Shown: piece by piece, positions 25,155 to 35,740 of the stretch
Layout: the number at the start of each line of letters is the position of its first letter
How positions within the stretch are numbered: position 1 is the first letter of the stretch
Source: Raja brachyura
Lineage: Eukaryota
Length of the DNA stretch: 64,000 nucleotides
Assembly (NCBI GenBank): GCA_963514005.1
Contig: OY740782.1
Coordinates: 150,288,001 to 150,352,000 of the forward strand
Direction: 5' to 3'
Made by a program: the position numbers and the translations under genes
The notes under the pieces: generated by a model
Databases searched by the model: none
Seen by the model: the letters and a program-made list of their open reading frames with translations, nothing else
What the model was told of the DNA's origin: nothing

Positions 25155-25460
25155 AATAGGAACATAGAAACATAGAAAATAGGTGCAGGAGGAGGCCCCT
25201 CGAGCCAGCACCGCCATTCATTGTGATCATGGCTGATCGTCCCCAATCAATAACCCGTGCCTGCCTTCTCCCCATATCCCTTGACTCCACTAGCCCCTAG
25301 AGCTCTATCTAACTCTCTCTTAAATCCATCCAGTGACTTGGCCTCCACTGCCCTCTGTGGCAGGGAATTCCACAAATTCACAACTCTCTGGGTGAAAAGT
25401 TTTTTCTCACCTCAGTCTTAAATGACCTCCCCTTTATTGGAAGACTGTGGCCCCTGGTTC
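25155..25460 (-). mobile_element. CR1 3' fragment
   Basis: (CATAGAAA)n tail and CR1 3' sequence. Confidence 0.85.
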
Positions 25461-25897
25461 GCTAAAAGTGCATATTTGCACAAGAACAGTTAGCTAAAAG
25501 CACAAATTTGCACAAAAAACCCAACATTAATACAACACAAATGCATTTAGGCTCTCACTTTAATACCAATGGACTTTCAAAGCAAATTTCCTGAGATAAT
25601 ACACGTTAGTAGATATATTGGCTCATATTATATTTTTCTTCTTCATAAATGGCGAGTGATGTTGAAATAGATTTTCTACAGCAACGCACGCAGTATATGT
25701 ACGCACACACGCACACACACACACACTCACACACACACTCACACACACACACACTCACACACACACACACTCACACACACACACGACCATGAACCAATAC
25801 GAAAAGGATGTTAGGATTTAGGCAAACTTCTACTTAATGATACAAATCTACCTAGTTACAGGCAAACGGAAGGGCCATTCAGAACATTTAACCAGTA

Positions 25898-27100
25898 AAC
25901 ATAGAAACATAGAAAATAGGTGCAGGAGTAGGCCATTCGGCCCTTCGAGCCTGCACCGCCATTCAATGTGATCATGGCTGATCATCCAACTCAGTATCCC
26001 GTACCTGCCTTCTCTCCATACCCCCTGATCCTTTTAGCCACAAGTGCCACATCTAACGCCCTTTTAAATATAGCCAATGAACTGGCCTCAACTACCTTCT
26101 GTGGCAGAGAATTCCAGAGACTCACCACTCTCTGTGTAAAGAATGTTTTCCTCATTTCGGTGCTAAAGGAATTCCCCCTTGTCCTTAGACTGTGACCCCT
26201 TGTTCTGGACTCCCCCAACATCGGGAACAATCTTCCAGCATCTAGCTTGTCCAACCCCTTAAGAATTTTGTAAGTTTCTATAAGATCCCCCCTCAATCTT
26301 CTAAATTCCAGCGAGTACAAGCCGAGTCTATCCAATCTTTCCTCATATGAAAGTCCTGACATCCCAGGAATCAGTCTGGTGAATCTTCTCTGTACCCCCT
26401 CTATGGCAAGGATGTCTTTCCTCAGATTTGGAGACCAAAACTGTACGCAATATGGTATGGTCTGAGTGCAGGTAGATGGGACTAGGGGAAAATGAATGTT
26501 CGGCAATACTCCAGGTGTGGCCTCACCAAAACCCTGTACAACTGCAGTAGAACCTCCCTGCTCCTATACTCAAATCCTTTCGCTATGAATGCTAACATAC
26601 CATTTGCTTTCTTCACTGCCTGCTGCACCTGCATGCCTACTTTCAATGACTGGTGTACCATGACACCCAGGTCTCGTTGCATCTCCCCCTTTCCTAATCT
26701 GCCACCATTCAGATAATAGCCTACCCTCATGTTTTTGCCACCAAAGTGGATAACCTCACATTTATCCACATTATACTGCATCTGCCATGCATCTGCCCAT
26801 TCACTCAGCCTATCCAAATCACCCTGCAGCCTCCAAGCATCCTCCTCACACCTAACTATACCCCCCAGCTTGGTATCATCTGCAAATTTGGAGATGTTGC
26901 ATTGAATTCCCTCGTCCAAATCATTAATATATATTGTAAATAGCTGGAGTCCCAGCACTGAGCCTTGCGGCACCCCACTAGTCACTGCCTGCCATTCTGA
27001 AAAGGACCCGTTTACTCCTACCCTTTGCCTCCTGTCTGCTAGCCAGTTCTCCATCCACATCAATACTGAACCCCCAATACCGTGTGCTTTAAGTTTGTAA
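25898..27100 (-). mobile_element. Young CR1 insertion in the Cmu4-TM1 intron, absent from the paralog
   Basis: RT ORFs 26482-27147 and 25991-26506; empty site (ACCAGT/AGTTTTCC, minus strand) at about 63810. Confidence 0.92.
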
Positions 27101-27708
27101 GTTTTCCACGCGTTCCTAAAAACTAAGTGTAACCGTAGATCATTCATGCTCCGTGTTTTACACTAGAAAGATAATGCCTATAAAATGGTTCAAAGTTATT
27201 TTTTTGTACACAAGCCTTCCTCCATCCCCTAACCGAAAAAAGGATACATCAGACAACATGGTTCTAATGAGGGAATGATGGCAAATTATTGGGAGCCAAT
27301 GTTTGCATTCAGTGAGTTCCTTCGCCGATCTCCGGTCACCATCTCCAAATAAAGGGTTATCTGATAACATTGTAAGCAATAACCAGCTTCAAGTTTTATA
27401 CCATCCCGGTTAGGAAATTATATTAATGGGAAGCGGACGTTTATAGAATGGACAATTAATCCCAGAAATGTACATACACATTGCTTTCTCCAAAACTATT
27501 CATAAACGGTTGGTTATTAGCAGCTGTGTCTGCAAGTGGCCTTGATTTTGGATACAATTGTTGAGGATGATCACCTCAATGTAAAAACAGCTCATTGGAA
27601 ATTAATATCCCTAATATTAATCTTCGTATTATTTTGGTAAATAATAAATAAATACAATGTTGTATATTAGAATATATTGTGAACGTCTTCGCGTTCTGCT
27701 TTGCGTAG

Positions 27709-27836
27709 ATTACGCCGACAACGTTCGTCTTGAGGACTATGAGGAAGACAGAGACAATATCTGGACAACCGCTTCCACATTCATTATCCTGTTCTTCCTG
27801 AGCATTTCCTACGGCGCTGCCGTAACTCTGGTGAAG
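27709..27836 (+). CDS. IGHM: IgM TM1 exon (DYADNVRLEDYEEDRDNIWTTASTFIILFFLSISYGAAVTLVK)
   Basis: Acidic extracellular spacer and CART-type transmembrane segment; GCGTAG acceptor in phase with the Cmu4 internal donor; donor AAG|GCGAGT. Confidence 0.95.
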
Positions 27837-27970
27837 GCGAGTTCATTCCACTTACTTTTCCACCTGATTGAAGAGCACGGCAAAATATCGATTCTCGTAC
27901 TCTTTGGATGTCCTGGCATCTAAGCCACAGACTGCTAATACACTTTCATATTCTCTCCCTCTCTTTACAG

Positions 27971-27979
27971 GTCAAGTGA
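27971..27979 (+). CDS. IGHM: IgM TM2 exon (VK-stop), giving the KVK cytoplasmic tail
   Basis: Polypyrimidine tract, then TTACAG|GTCAAGTGA. Confidence 0.92.
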   Translation, partial: VK

Positions 27980-28844
27980 CGATTGAATGATGAAAACCGT
28001 GTATTTTTCTGACCGGACTATGGACGTCGTTGTAACCAAGGGAAATGTTCAAATCTGAAGCGGACAATGTCATAAGCAATACTTCATTCTGTCTATCTGA
28101 CTTGTTTGATATTGCCTAGTTGCCTTTAGTATAGCGTTAATGTATCAAACTATTTTAATCGGCATTTGAATATCATGTGAAAAGAAGTCAATTTTCTCAA
28201 ACGGTAAACGTTTCTTTTTTTATTTTGATCTTTTTTCTATACATTCTCTTTTTCTTTAGCATGGGCCATATTTGTGTCCTTCCGGTGTTGAATGCCGTTG
28301 TATAGAAAGTCGGGAACGCTGTTTGTGTGAGATCGTCAACTTCATGTTAAATTCAGACTCACTATCTATGCCTGTCATTATTCTAACAACTTCTACCGGG
28401 TCTCCCTTCAACCTCCGACGCGCCAAAGAAAAGAATCCATGTTTGCCAACCTCTTCTTATAGCTAATGATTCTAACCCCTGCAGCATTCCAGTAAACCTC
28501 TTCTGCATCTTCTCCAAAGCCTCCACATTATTCCTTCGAAGGGACGACCTGACCTCCACACTATACTCCAAGTGCGGCCAAACCGAAAGCCTGTAAATAA
28601 AATGTAATGTAAATACATGTGTAAATACATACCCAACAATCCAACGGGTGCGCACATTCCGCGTATGAGCAAATATCTATTTACTCCTTTTCTGCTCAAT
28701 TGTCCTTTCCTTAATTCAGAGCTAACCTTTGACTCTCGAGCTACATGTTCAATGTACCTGGTCTCAGCGTGGAATTCAGTTGTTTTGACCACTTCGTGTT
28801 ATGCTGTTAAAAACGTCTCTGTAATATGTTTGTGTTAAATCACA

Positions 28845-28850
28845 AATAAA
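28845..28850 (+). promoter_or_regulatory. Candidate polyA signal for the membrane mu mRNA (alternative at 28596-28601)
   Basis: AATAAA followed by a GT-rich stretch; conserved in the paralog. Confidence 0.5.
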
Positions 28851-28899
28851 AGCGGAACTACAAAAGCCTGAGCTGGTTTGCCTTGTTCGTTTCTCGAAG

Positions 28900-29372
28900 G
28901 AACCCTGGGATGGCGGGACTGTCATATGAGGAAAGATTGAAAAGACTTGGCTTGTATTCACTGGAGTTTAGAAGGATAAGGGGGGATCTTATAGAAACAT
29001 ATAACATTATAAAAGGACTGGACAAGCTAGATTCGGGAAAAATGTTCCCAATGTTGGGCGAGTCCAGAACCAGGGGCCACAGTCTTAGAATAAAGGGGAG
29101 ATCATTTAAGACTGAGGTGAGAAAAAACTTTTGAACCCAGAGAGTTGTGAATTTATGTAATTCTCTGCCACAGAGGGAAGTGGAGGCCAAATCACTGGAT
29201 GGATTTAAGAGAGAGTTGGATAGAGCTCTCGGGGCTAGTGGAGTCAAGGGATATGGGGAGAAGGCAGGCACAGGTTATTGATAGCGGATGATCAGCCATG
29301 ATCACATTGAATGGTGGTGCTGGCTTGAAGGGCCGAATGGCCTCCTCCTGCACCTATTTTCTATGTTTCTAT
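28900..29372 (+). mobile_element. CR1 3' fragment shared with the paralog (about 61540-62010, minus strand)
   Basis: ORF 28883-29134 versus ORF 61776-62027. Confidence 0.88.
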
Positions 29373-29815
29373 GAACCACCACCTTACGATAAATGTGCTC
29401 ACGTATTTCTTTGTGTTCCACCATTTCCCTAAATATATTTTCCCTCAGATCGTCACTGGCTAGTAGAACAGGAGTGACTTTGATTATGCGACCATTGCGC
29501 GCTTGGGTGTCCGATGACGTTAAGGTCAAATATATTTGAATGCATTTTATGCCAAAGTTCCAGGAGGAGAACAACCACATAGGCTCATTTTGCAACCTCC
29601 CCTGATACAGTAGCTATCTTCGACAAATAGGTCGTCATGACGAACTGTTTGCTCCACCAAGCTCTAAGCTATATCACAATACCTTCTTATATTACTGTCG
29701 AATATTCCAAAAAATGTTTCAGAGCAACGTGAATGCACTTGATACAGCCGCACCGGCAGAGAGATCAGCAAAGTACCTGGCTATGATTCTGGGTATGGAG
29801 TCTAGAACGCGCAAG

Positions 29816-32160
29816 CATAATACTAAAGAGGAAGACTTATCAATTATTTCATTGGATGCAGAAAAAGCATTTGACCAGGTGGGATAATCTCTTCAAAGTA
29901 TTGCAAAAAATTCAAATGGGAGAGAATTTTATCTTATGGGTAAAATTATTATGTGACAAGATGACTGCTAGAATACTGACTAATAATATATTCTCTTTGA
30001 AAATTCAACTATCCTGGGGCAATAGACAGGGATGTGCACTATCACCCCTGCTATTTGCTCTTGTGATAGAACCCTTAGCAGAAAGTATAAGAATGCATCC
30101 GAACATCCATGGTTATAATACAAAACATACAAATAATAAAATATCACTATATGCAGACGACGTAATATATATTACAAAATCGCAAATCAGCATGCCAAAT
30201 ATATTAAATTTAATAGAGGAATTTGGATGCTTTTCAGGATATAGAATAAATTGGAATAAAAGTGAAATTATGACGATAAAACCTCAAGAACCAACACACC
30301 TTTTAAAATTCCCCTTTAGAATTGCTACAGAAACATTTAAATATCTGGGTATTCAAATTACTAGAAAATATAAATCTTTATTCAATGCAAACTATATCCC
30401 CTTGCTTACCAAATTAAATGCTCTGATTAAACTTTGGAAAACACTACCGATGTATTTAATAGGCAGAATAAATGCCATAAAAATGATTTTTCTGCCACAA
30501 ATCTTATATTTATTTCAATCAATACCAATATATTTACCTACATTTTTTTTGTAAAAGGTTGACTCTGATATCACAGATTTCATATGGGACTACAAGTCCC
30601 ATAGAATTCAAAGCAGACACTTGTGTAAACCCAAGGAATTCGGCGGACTGACACTACCCAACTTTCTGTACTATCACTGGGCAACAAATACTAAAAATTT
30701 AATTTACTTGTTGGACAATTCTGCCCAACAGGTAGATTGGATAGCAATGGAGAGAGAGGACTGCTCTCCGTTTAATATAGGAGCGATCCTTCTCTCACCG
30801 ATAAAACTGAATAATACAATATACAAGAAAAATCCAATTATTCATCGTACAATACGAACGTGGAAACAAATAAAATTAACTTTCAAATTAAGAAATCTAT
30901 CGCGTCTCTCTCCTATTGTTAATAATCCCTCGTTTAAACCATCTATTATTGATAAAACGTTTACACACTGGGAAAGAATAGGAATTAAAACCTTTGGAGA
31001 AATGTATGAAATGGGAAATCTTTTATCATTCCAACAACTACAACTTAAATATAACCTGAAAAGTAATCAGTACTTTAAATATCTTCAAATCCGTGACTAC
31101 TTGAAAAAACATACAAAAGAACATAAAACTTTGACTTCAGATATACTAGATGAAGCTATGAACAGAAAGGTGGATTCTACTAATTTAATATAATATTTGT
31201 ATAATATCATTTTAAACATAGAGATACCACCGTTTGATGCAATCAGAAGTGATTGGGAACAAGAATTATCTATAAATATCTTTAAAGACAGATGGGATAA
31301 ATATTTGCTATATGTACATAAATGCACGATAAATGTAAGACATACCTTAATTCAATGTAACATTTTACATGGATTATATTACTCAAAAACTAAATGGAAT
31401 AAAATATTTCCACCTGTCTCACCCATCTGTGATAAATGCTTATCTCAAGATGCAACTACAGCACACTCTTTTGTCTTTTGCATAAAACTTCAGATGTTTT
31501 GGAATGAAATTTTCGAAATTTTTACAAAAGTATTTAAAACAGAAATGAACCTCAATGCAGAATTGATTATCTTTGGAACAATGGAGATCGGCTCTGAGCT
31601 GACTTTGTTCCAAGAGAGTTTCCTTAATTATGCCTTAATAACGGCAAAAAAACGTATATTTAAATTCTGGAAAAATGCACCAACACCAACGCTTAAAATG
31701 TGGATTTCAAACATGTCTGAATTGTTGCACCTGGAAGATATGAGATTCGTCCCAGCAGGCAAATCAGACCAATTCTTAAAGATTTGGTCTCCCTTTATCG
31801 ATTTATTACAAGCATATGGTGCAACATAATCCTGAAAATAAACTGTTTCAGAACTGGGTGAGGGATGCGCAAAGATACGAAGTAGGTATATCCCTTCCAG
31901 TTTATTTTCCTTTCATTATCTTTTCTGTTTTACTTTCCTGTTATTTATTAAAATTTTTCATATCTCTCCTCCTTTCTCTCTTTATCTTGTACTTTTCACG
32001 AACGATCACTTTCACCACTTTACCTAACTTTCTTTTTCTCTCTTTTTGCTTATATTACTTTTTTATTATTAAATTAAAAAACACAAAGTTGTATCTGAAA
32101 TGTATCATATTATTCTTAATGTACCCTATTGTATATGACTTCTAATAAAAATATTATAAA
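29816..32160 (+). mobile_element. L1-clade LINE RT, C-terminus and 3' UTR, shared with the paralog
   Basis: RQGCALSPLLFAL, SLYADD, GYRINWNKS, CCHC-like region; AATAAA near 32144. Confidence 0.92.
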
Positions 32161-32329
32161 GGAGACATTGGTTGGGCCTTTGGCGGCGGGTGAGTGAGAT
32201 AGTATCGGCCCCCAAAATAAGAAAAGGCCACACGGAGCCACAAAGCCACTCATCCCACTAGTTGGGTTTCCTGGACGACTCTCGGCTGATTCCATTCAGC
32301 GCACTATCAGGGTAACCGCGACTAAAGTC

Positions 32330-33241
32330 TTGAGTATAGGAGCAGGGAGGTTCTATTGTAGTTGTGCAGGGCCTTGCTGAGACCACACTTGGAGTATTGC
32401 GCACAGTTTTGGTCTCCTAATCTGAGGAAAGACATTCTTGCCATAGAGGGAGTACAGAGAAGGTTCACTGGACTGATTCCTGGGATGGCAGGACTTTCAT
32501 ATGAGGAAAGACTGGATAGACTAGGCTTGTACTCGCTGGAATTTAGAAGATTGAGGGGGGATCTTATAGAAACTTTAAAAATTCTTAAGGGGTTGTACAG
32601 GCTAGATGCTGGAAGATTGTTCCCGATGTTGGGGAAGTCCAGGACAAGGGGTCACAGTTTATGGATAAGGGAGAAGTCTTTTTGGACCAACATGAGAAAA
32701 ACATTTTTCACACAGAGAGTGGTGAATCTGTGGAATTCCCTGTCACAGAAGGTAGTTGAGGCCAGTTCATTGGTTATATTTAAGAGGGAGTTAAATTTGG
32801 CCCTTGTGGCTACAGGGGGTACGGAGAGGCAGGAACAGGATACCGAGTTGGATGATCAGCCATGATCATAGACATAGACATAGAAAACATAGAAAATAGG
32901 TGCAGGAGTAGGCCATTCGGCCCTTCGAGCCTGCACCGCCATTCAATGTGATCATGGCTGATCATCCAACTCAGTATCCCGTACCTGCCTTCTCTCCATA
33001 CCCCCTGATCCCTTTAGCCACAAGTGCCACATCTAACGCCCTCTTAAATATAGCCAATGAACTGGCCTCAACTACCTTCTGTGGCAGAGAATTCCAGAGA
33101 CTCACCACTCTCTGTGCAAAGAATGTTTTCCTCATTTCGGTCCTAAAGGAATTCCCCCTTATCCTTAGACTGTGACCCCTTGTTCTGGACTCCCCCAACA
33201 TTGGGAACAATCTTCCAGCATCTAGCTTGTCCAACCCCTTA
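32330..33241. mobile_element. CR1 3' fragment (+, 32330-32870) followed by a younger antisense CR1 insertion (32871-33241)
   Basis: ORFs 32362-32865 (+) and 32971-33246 (-); TSD ATCATA at 32865-32870 and 33242-33247. Confidence 0.88.
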
Positions 33242-33249
33242 ATCATATT

Positions 33250-35495
33250 TATCTAGTTATTTATTTATTTGTTCCGAACAAGTAAAGACATAAATAGGAA
33301 TAAATAACAACAACAAAATCGAAACAGTCAAACAATTGGACATTCCAGGCAATATTTGCAAAACAATGAAAAGCATAAAGCAACATTTAAATGTCCAACA
33401 CTTTTTCTTTACAAGCTCGAAAAGGAGTGAGAAGAAGAATAACTTATTTAATCTCACCCCTTCTCCCTAAACCCTTCTTCCATGTTTAATAATTAATTAA
33501 TTAATAATTATTATTATCACCATTATTAATAACATTGCTTATAATAATAATAATAATAATAATGCTAATGTATCAATAGTAATGTAATATGTAACACAAT
33601 ATACAATATATAATCTACAATAGCTAATTATTCATTTGAGATACAATTTAACCGTAGACGTACCCCAGACAATGTTTAGAGATGCATACGGACATATATA
33701 TACACACAACTGATAAACACATACAAGTAATATGTATGAAGTAACCAAAAAACATAAATAAATAATAAATAAAATAAATAAATAAACATTAACCCCAGTT
33801 TGTCAACCATCCCCTTCATCCCTGTACCTTGTGAAAACAAGTGTTTTGTCTGTCATTTTGAACTGGTTCATGTTTGGAGATTGCTTTAACTCCACATTCA
33901 AACTGTTCCACAATCCCACTCCACAGACCGAAATACAAAAAGGTTTTCTGGTCGTGCGGACTCTTTGTCCCTTAAAATTGAATATTCTTCTTAAATTATA
34001 ACCCCCCACTCGCTCATTGAATAATTTTTGTATATTTCCAGGTAAGTTTTTATTTTTGGCCCTAAACATTATCTGTGCTGTTTTAAATGCAACCAAATCT
34101 GCTCATTTTAATAATTTTGACTGTAAGAATAATGAATTAGTGTGATCCAGATACCTGACATTGTGAATAATGCGTATTGGTCTTTTTTGCAGAATAGTTA
34201 ATGAATGTAGCGAACTTTTATAGTTATTGCCCCAGACTTCTGCACAGTATTTTAAGTAGGGTAAGATTAGTGAACAGTAGAGAATGCGGAGTGATTTGTG
34301 ATCCAGAACCTGCTTGACTTTGTGTAATACAGAAATGCTTTTTGACAGTTTAGATTGTACATGTTTAATGCGTGATTTCCAGCTGATTCTATCATCCATT
34401 ATAACCCCAAGAAATTTATTTTCATGAACTTGTTCAATTTCAACCCCATTTATCTTTATATTCGCTTGTGTATTTGTTCTGCAATTACCAAATAACATTA
34501 TTTTGGTTTTGCTCAAGTTTGATGATATTTTTTTCCTGTCAAACCATGTTTTCAGTTTGCCCATTTCTTTTGTTATTTTGTCCAGTACTTGTTTTAAATT
34601 CTCCCCAGAACAAAAAATATTTATGTCGTCTGCGAACAAGACCAGCCTCAAGGCATTGGACACATTACAAATGTTTTTATATACACGATGAATAGTTTTG
34701 GACCCAACACTGACCCCTGGGGGACACCACAAGCAATGTCCAAACATGTAGAACTGTAGCTGCCCAGCTTCACAAACTGTTGCCTGTTACTTAAATAGCT
34801 TTTTATCCAATCCAGTACTAGGCCTCTGATGCCATACCTTTCTAATTTTTTAAATAAGATATCATGATTGATCGAATCAAATGCTTTCTTTATATCAATA
34901 AATATCCCAGCTGCATATAGATTATTGTCAATAGCGTTTGTGATATCTTCAATTGATTCTAGTATTGCAAGTGATGTTGATCTGTTTGATCTGAATCCAT
35001 ATTGACTTTCAGTGATTAGTTTATGCTTTTCTACAAATATGTCTAGTCTATTGTTGAGCATTTTTTCTTCAGTTTTTTAATGTGGAGATTTCAATATTGA
35101 CCGACTAAATCCGAACCAACACAACCTTACAGAAGACTTTGTCAACACAATGTGCAGTATGAGTCTATTCCCCAAATCACCAGACCCAGTAGAATTACTT
35201 CCCATTGTGCTACACTCATTGACAATATATTCAACAATGACATTGAAAACAAAACAGTAAGTGGATTATTAATCAACGATATAAGTGACCACTTGCCAGT
35301 TTTCATAGTTTATGATTACATCCACAGGAACAACAAACCATACAAACTAACAGAATATAGACGAGTGAGATCGGAGGAAGCTATCAATGCACTAAAAAAG
35401 GACTTAGTGGCACAAAACTGGGACATAATATACCAAAAAAGAGACATTGACAGTGCTTATGAAACATTTATTACTATGTTTAAGTCATTATATGT
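33250..35495 (-). mobile_element. Daphne/L2-CR1-group LINE: RT on the minus strand, endonuclease piece (35080-35495) inverted
   Basis: QYGFRSNRST, FIDIKKAFD, GVPQGSVLGP and LFADD on minus; GDFNID...TLIDNIF...ISDHLPVF on plus. Confidence 0.8.
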
Positions 35496-35687
35496 CATTA
35501 AGTCATTTCCCCATTGCTGCTTTATCCCCATATCCCTTGATTCCGTTAGCCCCAAACGGTATATCTAGCTCTCTCTTGGAAACATCCAGTGAATTGGCCT
35601 CCGCAGGACCAGCCTTAGCAGGTGCGGGGCCCAATTACGAATAATTTTCATAGAAATATAAATATATAATTAAAAATGAGTCATATT

Positions 35688-35740
35688 CAGGCACGTGTCG
35701 TGAGTAATATGACAGACAGTTGGCTTTAAAAAAAATCTTA
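35688..35740. mobile_element. Orphan terminus of the hAT family seen at 334-1740
   Basis: CAGGCACGTGTCGTGAGTAAT...GGCTTTAAAAAAAA matches the reverse complement of 1681-1740. Confidence 0.7.

Noticed and set aside
29372-29815. Teleost-like 3' enhancer downstream of TM2
   Set aside because: No perfect octamer or clear E-box cluster; similarity to the paralog is explained by recent duplication.
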